A stretch of 64,000 nt of DNA, from NCBI RefSeq assembly GCF_009914755.1, contig NC_060928.1. The stretch is one strand, 5' to 3'. The notes under the pieces were generated by a model, which did not search any database, was not told the DNA's origin, and was given only the letters and a program-made list of their open reading frames with translations. A program made the translations under genes and the position numbers. The stretch is from the human T2T-CHM13v2.0 reference genome, Homo sapiens. This document shows positions 15,735 to 30,641 of this stretch, piece by piece (positions within the stretch are counted from its first letter, which is position 1; each line of letters starts with the position of its first letter).

Positions 15735-15967
15735 ACAATGAGAACACTTGGAGACAGGAAGGGGAACATCACACACCGGGGCATGTTGTGGGCTTGGGGG
15801 AGGGAAAGCACTAGGAGGTGTACCTAATGTAAATGACGAGTTAACGGGTACAGCACACCAACATGGCACATGTATACATATGTAACAAGCCTTCACATTG
15901 TGCACATGTACCCTAGAACTTAAAGTATAATAAAAAAAAAAGAATAAAAAAGAAAGCGGACACATAG

Positions 15968-18360
15968 CTCCAACATTTTCTCCTTGGAATTCTCCAGTTT
16001 TTGTATTTAAGAAAAAATACAGTAAATGGAGAATGTTGACAGATCTTAGAGCCATTAATTCAGTTATACAACCTGTGGGAGCATTACAGCCAGGATTGCC
16101 TTCTCCTGCTATGATTCCAAAAAATTGGCCCTTAATAGTCATAGATTTAAAAGACTGTTTCTTTACTATCCCCTTAGCTGAGCAAGACTGTGAATGGTTT
16201 GCACTTACAATTCCTGCAGTAAACAACCTGCAGCCTGCTAAGCGTTTTCATTGGAAAGTGTTGCCATGAGGCATGTTAAGCAGTCCAACGATTTACCAGA
16301 CTTATGTAGGGCAAGCAATTGAACCTACTTGTAAAAAATTTTCACAGTGTTACATTACTCATTATATGGATGATATACTTTGTGCTGTCCCCACTCGAGA
16401 AATATTACTCCAATGTTATGATCACTTGCAAAATTTGATTTCTCATGCTGGTTTAATTATAGCTCTGGACAAAATTCAGACTACTACTCCTTACTCCTAC
16501 TTGGGGACCTTAGTAAATGACATTACCATGTGCCACAGAAAGTAACCATACATAGGGATCAATTGAAAACATTAAATGACTTTTAAAAATTACTAGGGGA
16601 CATTAATTGGATACGACCTGCTCTAGGCATTCCTACCTACGCTATGAGTAATCTGTTTTCTATCCTTAGAGGAGATCCTAGTCTCACTAGCCCTCATCAA
16701 TTAACAAAAAAGCTGAGGCAGAGTTACAGCTGATTGAAAAGCAAGTCCATAAAGCTTAAATAAATAGAATAGATCCAGAGAAGACTCTAGATTTGCTAAC
16801 TTTTCCAACTCAGCATTCACCTACTGGTGGTATCGTTCAAGAGCAAGATCTTGTAGAGTGGCTTTTTCTTCCACATACTAATTCATGGACTCCTTATTTG
16901 GATCAAATTGCTAGTGTGATAGGTAATGAGAGAACTCAGATTGTTAAATTACGTGGATATGATCCTGGAAAAATTATTGTCCCTCTCACAAAGGCACAAA
17001 TAGAGCAAGCTTTTATAAATAGTCTTACTTGGCAAACCCATTTAGCTGACTTTGTGGGTATTCTGGATAACCATTTTCCTAAAACAAGACTGTTTCAATT
17101 TTTGAAAGTAACTAATTAAATTCTCCCTAAAATAACTAAATTGAAACCAATTGAAGGTACTGAAAGTGTTTTCACAGATGGGTCTAGTAATGGTAAAGTT
17201 TCTTATTCTGGCTCGAAAGGTAAAGTTTTTCAGATGCCCTATACTTCAGCTCAAAAAGCAGAGCTTATAGCTGTAATTGAGGTATTGACTGCTTTTAATA
17301 TGCCTATTAATGTGATTCCTGATTCTTCACATGTGGTTTATTCCATGCAATTGATTGAAAATGCTCAGTTATGATTTCATACAGATGAACAACTGATGAT
17401 TTTACTTACCCAATTGCAAACAGCAGTCAGGAGTAGAATGCACTCTTTTTATGTCACTCACATTAGGGCTTATACACCTCTTCCAGGGCCTTTAACTGAA
17501 GGGAATCAAATGGCTGATTGCCTATTTGCTAATGCAATACCTAATGCTAGACACTTTCACAATTTAACCCATGTTAATGCCTCTGGTCTCAAATGCAGAT
17601 ACAGCATTACCTGGAAAGAAGCTAAAGCTATTATCCAGCAATGCCCAACTTGCCAAATGGTGCATTCCTCATATTTTACAGGAGGAGTTAATCCTCGAGG
17701 ATTGGAACCTAATTCTCTTTGGCAAATGGATGTTACACATGTTCCCTCATCTGGGAGACTAGCTTATGTACATGTGTGTGTGGACACCTTTTCTCACTTC
17801 GTCTGGGCTACATGCCAATCAGGAGAGTCTTCTGCCTGTGTTAAACATCACCTTTAGCAGTGTTTTGTGGTGATTGGCATTCCAGCTTCTATAAAACAGA
17901 TAATGCCTCAGGCTATCCTAGCCAAGCTCTAGCTACATTTTTCTGTATGTGGAATATTAAACACATTACTGGTATCCCATATCAGTCTCAAGGACAAGCC
18001 ATAGTGGAAAGAACAAATTGCTCCCTGAAACAGCAGTTACAAAAACAAAAAAGGGGGAGAAATAGGGACTATAGGACACCCCATATGCAATTGAATCTAG
18101 CATTATTAACTTTAAATTGTTTGAGCCTGCCTAAAGTCCAGATGTTATGAGCAGTTGAGCAGTGTCTACAGAAACCTGCTGCAAAGACAGAAGCAGAACA
18201 ACTAGTTTGGTGGAGAGCTCCGATAACAAAAATTGAGAAATAGGTAAAAATAACTTGGGGTAGAGGTTATGCTTATGTTTCTCCAGGACCGAATCAACAG
18301 CTGATTTGGATACCATCAAGACACCTGAAACCTTATCACAAGCCAGATGCCGAGTGAGAG
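15968..18360 (+). pseudogene. pol: HML-3 pol, 3' part (RT, RNase H, integrase)
   Basis: [24 protein letters not shown] (16363-16374), FTDGS, HHCC zinc finger (HNLTH...CPTC), WQMDVTH. Many stops. Confidence 0.92.
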
Positions 18361-18397
18361 ATTCTGGGAGGATCCTGAGGACTCCCCAGTTGCAGCC

Positions 18398-19460
18398 ATG
18401 TCAAGACTGATGCTGAGGAGGACCCCAACTGTCATGAGCAACACCCGTCGAACACAGCCACCCACCTGGGGACGGATCAAGAAGCTGTCGCAGATGGCAG
18501 AAGAAAGCCTGAGGAAAGTGGGACAACCAGTCACAATGAGTAATTTAATGGTAGTTATGATAGCGGTGATCACCGTTTCCTTGAGTATTCCTTCAACAAG
18601 GGCTGACACAGAAAACAATTACACTTATTGGGCATATTTGTCAATCTTGGCTGGCAATAATACCTGGATGTAATCACTCTATGACAAAGTTACACATGCT
18701 TTCTGATCTCAGTATTTACCATAATAAATCTGCTCCTATAATTAAGGCATACCACCCTCAAAAACGTGTTTGTAAACAAAATTGAACCTGGCCAAAAAAA
18801 ATGAACGTCCTTGTTTAGGAAGATTGCATTGCAGAACAGTCAGAGGTGCTGCATAATGATTCTTATGGAATCATTATTGATTGGTCCCCTGAGAGGATGT
18901 TTGGCTTGAATTGCACCTCTCAATCTGCGTGCCATGGCCACACTATGTTCAGCTGGTTTGAACAAAATGGTCAGATGGTAGAAATGATAAGAAATACGGC
19001 AAGAGTTCCTATTTGGAACCATGGCAGTATAGTGGCACCTCAACCTCAAATGATATGGCCCACTGTAGGAGCTAAACATAAGGATTTGTGGAAACTATTA
19101 ATAGGTCTTAATAAGATCAAAATTTGGGAATGAATAAAAAAGGCTCTAGAAGGACACTCTACAAACTTGTCTTTGGATATTGCAAAATGAAAAGAACAAA
19201 TATTTAAAGCATCCCAGACACACCTGACCTTAATGCTAGGAACTGGAGTGCTTGAAGGAGCTGCAGACAGATTAGCAGCTAGTAACCCATTAAAATGGAT
19301 AAAACACTTGGAAGCTCTGTGATTTAAATGATGATTGTGCCTTTAATCCATGTTGTCTTTGTATAGTCTGCAGATGTGGATCCCGACTCCTGGGAGAAGC
19401 AGCTCACCATGACAAAGCTGCCTTTGCTTTTATCGCTTTGCAAAACAAAGAAGGCGGACA
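18398..19460 (+). pseudogene. env: HML-3 env remnant, internally shortened
   Basis: Signal-peptide-like TQPPTWGRIKKLSQMAE...NYTYWAYL, SU fragment GIIIDWSP, TM fragment SNPLKWIKTLG. Only about 1.1 kb. Confidence 0.8.
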
Positions 19461-19970
19461 TGTTGGGAACAGGCCCTCAAATCTGGCCATAAACAGGTCC
19501 CAAAACTGTCCATAAAGAAAATCTCTGCAGCACTGTGACATGTTCGTGATGGCCATGACACCCACGCTAAAGGTTGTGGGTTTACCGGAACGAGGGCAAA
19601 GAACACCTGGCCCACCCAGGGTGGAAAACTGCTTAAAGGCATTCCTGAACCACAAACAATAGCATGAGTGATCTGTGCCTTAAGGACATATTCCTGCTGC
19701 AGGTAACTAGCCAGAGCCCATCCCTTTATTTCAGCCCATCCCTTTGTTTCCCATAAGAAATACTTTTAGTTAATCTACAATCTATAGAGACAATGCTTAT
19801 CACTGGATTGCTGTCAGTAAATATGTGGGTAAGTCTCTATTCGAGGCTCTCAGCTCTGAAGGCTGTGAGACCCCTGATTTCCCACTCCACATGCTATATT
19901 TTTGTGTGTGTGTCTTTAATTCCTCTAGCGTCACTGAGGTAGGGTCTCCATGACCGAGCTGGTCTCAGCA
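19461..19970 (+). repeat. 3' LTR (MER9)
   Basis: TGTTGGGAACAGG...TCAGCA, 510 bp. Preceded by a purine-rich tract (19442-19460) and followed by TSD CTATTA. Confidence 0.93.
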
Positions 19971-20059
19971 CTATTACATAATAGTATTTATTATGGAGTA
20001 GTATTGAGTTTGCTACATTTTCTACTCATGCCCCTACCTTGGCTTTCTGTTTCACCCAT

Positions 20060-20520
20060 GGAAAAAAATCGAGATTCTGTCAGTCATGCATAGGACACGA
20101 TATGATCTGGTCTCCTTACCTATGACTTTGTTTCCTACTACACTCCCCCTTGGTCACCCTATTTCAGACATACTGACTTCCTCAATGTTATTCCAACGCA
20201 TTTGGCATGCTCCCATCGCAGAGCCTTTGCACTCATTCCCTTTGCCTTGAACACTCTTTCCCTACTATGTATGTGGCATCTACCTTGTCTCTTTCAAGTC
20301 TTTGCTCAAATACTGCATTCTCATTGAAATCTACTGTCTTATTTAAAATTGCAATGTCTCTGTTGCCTGCACTCCCCATCTCCTTTAACCAGCTCTAACT
20401 TTTTTCCATAGTACTATTCACCTTCTAAAATATTGTACAATAACTATTTACATTAATGTTTTCTGTCTACCATGCTAGAATGTAAATTCCATGAAGGTAG
20501 GAGCTTGTGTCTTTTCTTAA
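20060..20520 (+). mobile_element. L2 fragment
   Basis: gagcctttgcactcattccctttgccttgaacactcttt and ctagaatgtaaattccatgaaggtagg are L2 3'-region motifs. Confidence 0.65.
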
Positions 20521-20533
20521 TAGGCTGTCAATA

Positions 20534-20888
20534 CAGGTTGTGCATCTCTAATCAGAAAAGCCAAAATCGGAAGTGCCCCAAAATCCAAAAGTTTTGAGCG
20601 CAACTGACATGATGCTACAAGTGGAAAATTCCATGCCTGACCTCATGTGATTTGTCACAGTCAAAACTTTGTTTAATCACAAAATTGTTTTTTAAAATTG
20701 CATAAAATTACCTTCAGGCTATGTGTATAAGGTGTATATGAAACATAAATGAGTTTCATGTTTAGACTTGGGTCCTATTCTCAAGATTTCTCATTATACA
20801 CATGCATATTCCAAAATCTGAAAAAATCTGAAGTTTAAATACTTCTGGTCCCAAGTATTAATATTTCAGCTAATGGATACTCAACTGG
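20534..20888. mobile_element. Tigger4/MER46-type TcMar DNA transposon fossil
   Basis: TA-flanked terminal inverted repeats CAGGTTGTGCATC / GATACTCAACTGG. Internal sequence matches recalled Tigger4b. Confidence 0.8.
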
Positions 20889-21171
20889 TATTATCTGTTG
20901 ACTGAATGAATAAATAAATAGATTAAAGTTGTGAAAAAACTTGAGAAACTTATTTCATTTATGTAGTATTGAGAATTTGTATTTATAGTGCTCAGCTTAT
21001 TAGGACTACATGTGAATACTTGCTCATTTATAGATAAGTAACATATACTTTAAAATGGTAAAATATGTTTATGAAGTTTGGAATAACATTAAAGATTACT
21101 AAAAATAAATAGGACTGTTACTGTGACTTGATTATCACAGTTAGCTCTTACATTTTAAGAAAGTCCTTTCT

Positions 21172-21500
<329 letters not shown>

Positions 21501-22145
21501 TTATTAAAACCAAGTTTTTGAGTTCAGATTTTTTTTTTTTTTTTTACAAGGACTCTCTTACTTCTTTAGTTTACCTCCTTATAGCAAGGTAGAAGTGGCT
21601 TGATGTTTTCAGGACTATTCTGCACACCATAGATTTCTCAAACTCTGTTTTGTTTGAGAACCTACATGGTTCTGTGAATTTTGTTAAAGCTAAAGTGGTC
21701 ATTACTTAGAAAAGGAAATTTTAAACTTATTTTGAACCTGTTCTTTGGTTATTGATCTAAGCTGTTATTTTAAAAATATTCTAACATCAATATGTAAATG
21801 TACCATATTGTACATATTTAGACCCCAATATAGACACAGATAAAAGCAGTTTTCTATTGGTATACATTTATTTTATAGATTCAAATTAAAATATTTAATA
21901 ATATGAAGTTAATCATTAAGACCAATAAAGCCATTTGATTGAAATTCATGAATGACAGTTGCAGTGCTTTTTTCAGACTCCTTCTGAATTTATGTCTGGA
22001 AGGGCTTTGGTTGAAAGATAACAAGTAAAATAGTTGGAATGGTTCTACTAAAAATGACAATAGTTAAAACAAAAGAAAAGCAGCCTGACTTGCAATCTGA
22101 GAATAACATGATTAGTAGGAATAGTAGGATAATTTTATTTCATAA

Positions 22146-22653
<508 letters not shown>

Positions 22654-24169
22654 TGACATTTACTAGAGTATGGCACATGCATTTCTGAGTACCAATTTAT
22701 ATCTTCCCTTTCCCCAAGTCCCTCAACTAGGACTCCCAAAATTCTTAAACTTGTAACTTGAAGATATTTTTTTTTTCCAGCCAGTATACTACTACTGGAA
22801 AGGGTGAGGGTGAGAGGGTGCTGTGGAAATATGATTTGGATCCATAATTGAGGAGCAAATTTTCCCACCTCTTAAGAGGTGAACTACTCATGTCTGGGGA
22901 AGAGGGAAGAGTAGGAATGACATAAGTCACCATCTGCCCTTACCTCACAACCAACCAAAGCAATGACTTCCATCCCCTGATGCAGCACTGAGAAGCTGCA
23001 TGAAACCTGAGTGAGTTCCACATTTTTTTTATTGCTGTCCCACAGTTAGAGCCAGTCACCAGACCTCAGTCTGTTCTCCATCATTTGTTCAGTTTGGAGT
23101 GACATCCTCTGTACCTTGAGGCTCTGCCAAGTTCTTCATAAAAGAACCTTTGGCTTCAAGTGGCCCAGGACTCTTGTAATGCACACAATCTCAAAAGGGT
23201 AAAGAATTTAGCCACTGCAAAGGGTGATGGTGACTTGAAGCCACATTTTTTCCCCTGACTCACGAAGAAATAACTAGATGGAATCAGTTTGAAATTGTCT
23301 ACCCACCTGGGACAGCAGAAGAATAGAACAAACCTTTTATTTAATTTTTTTAATTTTTTTATTAGGAAAAGTGTACCTGTTTGGAGAGATTAAGGTAACG
23401 AACCCCTATGTACCTAGAACAAATATTTTAAATATAATTGTACATAGTTGGATATGCTCAGTTCAAAATTTTAGAAAACACATTTTATAACATTCAACCT
23501 TCCTAAGCACCGACATTTTCAAGAAATTCAAATGTATGTATAGATATTTTTCCTCGATTTATTAAAAAATGAACTTCCCTGGCCATAGAAGTTAATGTTT
23601 TCATTATCTCTGAAGTCTCCAACTTGGGTATGTATACATACACATGTTTATTATATGTGTATTATAATACATAGAATTGTTATAGAACATATATACGTAC
23701 GTAGTATATATGTGTGTATTTATATGTATGCATACATAGAGTTTAAACTATGTATACTTTTAAAGACGTAGAGAAAATCAAATATTTGCAGATATCTGAA
23801 GCACCCCAAGGTTCCATAGAACATAACTTGGAAAACACTGTTCTAGGTACTGGGTGCTACAGGGATGAATAAGATATAGTGTTAGTCTCAGAGAATCACA
23901 TGATCTCAGAGCCACTGTTCAATAAAATGTACATCAGTGTAGTTCATTGACTAGTTTCCAACTAGAATAAAAATTGTTGCTTGTGCAAGCAGTAAATTTT
24001 CTTTTGTTTTTCCTCAACTTCTTTAACATCATTTCTATCACTCTTCAGTGCTTATAGAATGAAAAATATCATGTGCAATGATTGAGATTTAATGTTGAAT
24101 TTTAAAAGTGCAAAGATAGAAGTAATTCGTGAAGGATGCTGCTGAAGTTTCTTATTCTATTCAGTCATT

Positions 24170-24540
24170 GTAACCAGTGTGATTCAAGATTGGTTGATGT
24201 ATGGACCATGGCCAGCAGCAGCTTTTTTCAGAAGTAGGAGACCAGAAATTTTCTTCCCTGTCAGTATATTTTCTTGTGTATACTTCCAGAGACTTTTTTT
24301 TAAATTGGGAACCAGTCAATATTCATATGTCCTTCCCAATATGCCCTTTTTTCTTTTTTTACCTAAGTGATAGCATACTATATACTCTGTTCTGTACTTT
24401 GCTTTCTTTTTTTCCTGAACAATCTATCTTAGAGACTATGTCACATAAATTTATAAGGAGTTTTCTCTTTTTTTCCTACAAGACATAGTATTACATTGAA
24501 TTGATACATTATTGATGACATTTAGATGATTGGAAGATCA
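24170..24540 (-). mobile_element. Ancient L1M 3' fragment
   Basis: atactatatactctgttctgtactttgctttc...aatctatcttagagactatg...tagtattacattg resembles a reverse L1ME 3' region. Confidence 0.45.
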
Positions 24541-27500
24541 TTTTAAAACCAGGAGTAGGTAATTCTTAGTATGGAATGTTGTTTGAAGAATACGAAAAAA
24601 ATAAAAATACTGGGCAGTGTCTCATTATCCCACTGATGACTTTAGGCGTAGGAAAGTTTGAAACCTACTCCCCTAGAACAATAGGGGGATCAAATATGTG
24701 ATCACATTCTTCTGGTGGGTACAAAATGGCAAATAAATACTGGTTATTTTCCATTGGTACTCCCTGCCTGCCTGGCTAGATATTTTAAAATCCCATTGAA
24801 TATCAAACTTAGAATTAAATAGGTCAGTGAGAGGAACTTCTCTCCATGCAAGTGAGGAAAGCAGTCTCATATTAAAAAAGGAAAAGTTAGTAACTTTTGT
24901 AGTTTGTCCAGAAGTAAATGCCAGAGGTCTGTATGAAATAAAGGAAATGTGGCAACTTTGTCAAGAGTACATGAAAATATTGGGGCCAAGAGGGGAAAAG
25001 GCCGAAGGAAGGTATGCCTACTCCAGATGAGTTTTTTTTTTTTTTTTTTAGTGAGGAGGGGGCTGCTGGCATGAGCCCTTAAACTTGGTTATATGTGACC
25101 TCTACTCCCTGTGGTTAGAATTTCATGGCCAGAGTCAACAAGCTGTGGATGGGATTGTTAAAGTTTTGTAGTAGAGCAGAGTAGACAAACATGCCTGGGT
25201 GAGTTCTCTGGGATAAGACACGTTGTGACTATTCTAGATGATTTTTCCATGTGACATTGGACTTAGTGATTAAAGTGTTGCCAAAGGGACTGTTACCTCC
25301 TCATAGGTTGGGCCACTGTGCCTGAGACCTGTCCAGAACACTATGTTCTTATCACAAGGCAGTCCAAGAAGGACAGTATGATGATCAGAATGAGAGTGAC
25401 TCTTTAGGACTTCTTTTATTTTCTGGTTTGTAGCTAACCTAAAGAGAAATGATTAGGATTTAGCTTCTCAGATCTGCCAAGTATATGAAGTTCTAAGTTT
25501 TACTGTTGTGGAGTACTTTCTTGTCTTTTTTCCAGTGTTCTTGAATTTAATTTTCTTATTCCATAGGATTTATAGTGTACTGTCCATTCAGCATACTATC
25601 CTGTGTGGATATCTCAAATCTTGTGTGGTTAAACATGCAAAAATTCAACCTTCTGTATCTAAGATAAAGTTCTGTGAGGACCGTATTTGGCTATAGTCAG
25701 ATATAATAGCAGATGAATTTACCAAATAGGGTTATCCTACCTCCACTTCAGACCCATAAGCTGGCATATGAGTTTAGTGCACATGCCTCTCTTTCATTCA
25801 ATAAGATGTGATTGTAAATTTTCAAGACATGATGCTATAGATCCTAAAAGAACTCTCTCATTACCATGTAATTGTTTATTTCTGCTCCACAGGGGCCTCT
25901 GCATAATGCTGCCGATGGGTACTTTGTGAAGGAGTCTTCCTAAGAGTTCCAAATGGGAAGCAGTGCAAAACTGTTTTTGGCTTTCTCCTCAACCTGCCTG
26001 ATTTTTCATCTTATGTCTTATTTCCCTGTTTGGGGATAATAGGTCTCAGAGTGACATTAGCAATGTATTCATCCTATTTTCATTCCTTTTGATTTTTTCT
26101 TTTGCTTCTCCTATTCTTCCTCTGGAAAGGCTCTCCCATTTTATTCCTGGAAAGAATTGAATGGCCTTATTCTCATTCAGAGTTCTATCTGGTTTATAAG
26201 GTCTGTAAAAGAAAAAAAGACACTCTAGGTTGAGACCATTTAAGTTAGGCTTTTGATATGTAGATGAACAAGATTAAGGAGTAAAACCTTTCTCTCAGCA
26301 AAAATTTATCAATATGATTGTGTCACTTGAAAATTTGATAATATTAGATGAATATTAACATTTCTTTCTCTTTGCATTTCTGCTATACCAATTTTACTCC
26401 TCCTCAAAGGATTGAATAGGGAGAAGATCATATACAAGGGATCAAAAAAGAAAAAAAATTTTTAAATTATTCTTGTTAAATATGTATATGTTTCAATGTT
26501 CATGTCTATTTATCTGCCTTTGCCTTCCTGCCTTCAGTAAATTGGCTTTCTTTCCTAACATTTACTTCTTTTGTAGCATACTACTCTTCACCCAGTCTTT
26601 ATGGATATTACTTCTTTTATCTCATCTAACTCATGCCATCTCGACATTCCCCATATCATCGTATCTGCTCCCTCTTCCCATTAGCATGGTTGGATCCTCA
26701 CTCTTTTCATCCCAAGCCTATTTCTTATCTATTCTATATGTCTCCTTGCCCTAAGTAAAACCTGACTCTTCCGTTCATTGATGAGCACTTAGCAAACATC
26801 AATTATGTATAATCGTCTCCTTTTGGAACCTTGTATTCCACCAATCTGCTGACTTTTCACTTCCTTAAAAGTGCCTATCATGCAAGTTGGTCGAGTGATT
26901 CAGATTACGAAAGGCTCTCATTTCTAGGCTGCTTCCCTTTCTGTATTGAGCACAGGGTCCAGAACTTTATTAGAGTTTGGGTTTTATTTTATATGCAATA
27001 GAGAACCCCTATGAATTTTTTAGTGGAATGAGGGTAATGAATGCATATAATATTCTAGGAAGATATTTCTGGGAGTAACGTACAGAATTGTTTGTTTGAA
27101 TTACATATATCCATTAATACATTACCACAGTAAAACAGAAATGAGAAAAAAAGAGAGGAGAGAAAATAGACCAAAAGAAAAAAAAACTAAATGACTTTTT
27201 AAAAATACAGGTATAGTTAACTTTATTTAGCCTATCGATGTTTATATTGACTGATAGTAATCATTAAAGACAAACTGACATCAAGCTCAATAAATTTAAA
27301 CTTTTGGCAATTTTCCTCATTTAAACAGTGCTACTATATCAACCAAATCAACACCAATTCAACCAACTAAACAATTTCTTGACCAAATCAACAGGAGACA
27401 AAGCAGCCTTTGGTTAGAAGATAAAAAGAAGAGTTGTCAGCAAATAAGAAAGTGAACGGTTAGTTCAAGAAGATAGGGAGCTAGAATAATGGAATTTCAT

Positions 27501-27791
27501 TAAGATCAACATAAAAGAGGCTAATCAAATGCCATCAAATGTGTCCTTTCATATGCATGGAACATATAGCAAATTCAATCCCCTATTGGGATTGAATACG
27601 GTGACTTGAAAAGTTTCAGTTTCAGAAGAGTAATGGGGAAAGTAATAATGTGGAATGAATTGAAAAAGAAATAAGTAGTTGTCAAATGGATGTCAGCATC
27701 AGGTAACTGTACTGTACCTGTGGATAAGACAGATTCTTTGTTTAAACTCTCATTAAAGGAAAAAAAATAACTAAATGCTATTAGAGTTTAA

Positions 27792-28133
<342 letters not shown>

Positions 28134-30344
28134 TCTCTTTAGGATTTTTATTCCAAGGTAAATAGTAGTGATCATAGCTCAATAATATTATTAATATTCT
28201 GAATATTGTCAATGTTTATAGGAAATTAATTCTATTTAATTAACTGATTTAAACTTTCTTTGCCTTAGTTTATTAAAGAGTTACATTTTCCCCATAAAAA
28301 TATGCCTTTGATATTTTAATGAAATTTAACAGAGAAACAGAATTACATTACCAGAAATTTGTTTAGATACTCCTCTGCATTTCAATCAAGGATATTATAA
28401 AGCAAAAATGAAGTTTTATTGTATTTATGATATTACAATAAGATATTTTAACATTAATTTCAAATAGGTGTAACTCAAGATCATATAGGACCATTCTTTT
28501 TAAGAATAAAATGGAAAGATATAAAAGATATCTTTTATATATAAGGTAGGTGAGAAAAAAGATAGAAAATAAGAGTTTTTTTAGTCCAGAGATTATTTGG
28601 TTTGGTCCGTACTATTCCATTCAATTTTTTACCAGTCAAATTTTCCATTTATGGGACAACACCCATTAAACAGCATTTGTGTATGTCCAAGGTTTGTTTA
28701 ACTTAAAGAGATACAAAATATACACGTTTTCCAAACAAAAATGGCTGGTTCAAAGTTCTGTGACCAGTGACATGTAAACTGAAGCAATCAGTGCACGTCT
28801 GGTGATGCGTTGTTAAAATTTCAAAGGTTACCATGCGTGGGCTTTAGAATTTGTTTAGAGAAGCAGTGATAACCTTGACTCTCTTTCAGCAGAAGTACAA
28901 GTTTATTAATGTAAGACTCAGTACTACTATTCACATTTTAATCATTTATGTGTTTACCTTAAGGTTCCACTATAGGTTACTTGATTTCCACTATATTTCC
29001 ACTATAGGTTACTTGATTCTTAAAACTAGGTGACTATATTTTACCTTTGCTTAACCCCATGCTCCATTATTTTAAATTGTTCTTTTTGGAGTTTAATTTT
29101 AATTAAGCTTATTCAACTCAATGTCAGATGGTCGAATGCAGCTAATAGGATGTTTAACATTCTCTGTAGAAACAGGGTTGGGCTTGTGACTTGTTTGCTA
29201 AACTCAAGTTTAGGGTTTTTCTTGTTTAGTTTCTTAATTGTTGAAAGAGAAATAGACCTTAATTTTTTAAATAAACCAGATATTCCACTTTTAATTGAAA
29301 TCTCTTGTGCATTGGTTAAAGAAGTTTAATCTTTCAATGAAAACATATCAAAGATAATTGGTTGAGGTTGAATCTCATCAAAACTCATGTAACAAGTGCT
29401 TAATATGCAAGAACATTTACTCACTGAGCACCTCCTACTGCTTATTCAGATTTCCTCTTTCCCATTTTTAGTGTGATACGTTCTCAGTTTTCTTTTAAGG
29501 TTTCTAAAAGATAGATCTGCATTTCTATTTTATAATATATATAACCAAACCACAATTGTTATTATCTCTTGATTTAATCATCCTTTTACCTGCCATAAAA
29601 ATAATTTTTTTTGTAGATGTTGCTCTGAAAATATTTTATTTGACATCTATATTTAACATACATATTTCTTGGTTATTTTGGCAGAAGTTGGTAAATCTTC
29701 CTACTCTTCCATAGATTACCTATTTTAGATATTTTAAATGAAGACTAGGATAATAGACAGCTAGTAGATCCCAACTTAGAACTAGGTTTTTGTCCTGACT
29801 CTGCCACTCACTAGTGTTTTAATGTAGGACAAGTTTGTTCTTGTCTCTGGACTTTCCTCATTCCCTTCCAGTGCTGTTAGAAGAATTATATTTGACATTA
29901 CACAAGTGATATTGTTGCATTAACATATAGCATTATTATAATCATTGTAAGGTCCTGAAATAAGAGACTCATGCCTGTTTAATTAAATTATATGGATCAT
30001 ATTTTGAGCTAAAAATACTCATGATCTAACAAATGATTTATTTTTTGTTTGTGAGTTTAAATAGCAAGACTTCAAATGTATAAAATGAAATAATAATCAA
30101 TCATGTTTTTAACTAAAGGTAATATTGAACAGAATAAAATTAAATAAAATATCAGTTTGTCTCAGATAATTCAGGTAGTGATTTGTCATATAGAGGATCT
30201 AATAATTTGATTCTGAAGGCAGCAAAATGACCAATAAAATACTAGGGGTAACATTTCTCTTTATTAAGTGTATTTGTTTTGATTTAGAAAGACAAAGCAG
30301 AAGAAAATTGACTATTTGTCTAAAAATGAATTTTATATATTTTA

Positions 30345-30641
30345 TATTATTATTATTATTTGAGACAGCGTCTTGCTCTGTCACCCAGGCTGGAGTGCAG
30401 TGGCATGATCATGACTCATGGCAGCCCTGACCTCCTGGGTTCAAGTGATCCTCCTGCCTTAAACTCTTGAGTAGCTGGCACTACAGACACACACCACCAT
30501 GATTGGCTAATTTTCTAATTTTTTTGAGACTGGGTCTCGCCATGTTACCCCAGCTGGTCTTGAACTCCTGGGTTTAAGTTATCCTCCTGCCTCAGCCTCC
30601 CAAAGTGCTGGGATTACAGGCATGAGCCACCACACCTGGCC
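30345..30641 (-). mobile_element. AluJ with (TAT)n tail
   Basis: Reverse Alu, tail decayed to (TAT)n. Confidence 0.93.

Noticed and set aside
15968-18360. Functional or domesticated RT/integrase
   Set aside because: pol is split by the L1 and fragmented by stops. The longest piece is 153 aa.
27573-27597. Hairpin superficially like a CRISPR repeat
   Set aside because: Single copy, no spacers, no cas genes, and human context.
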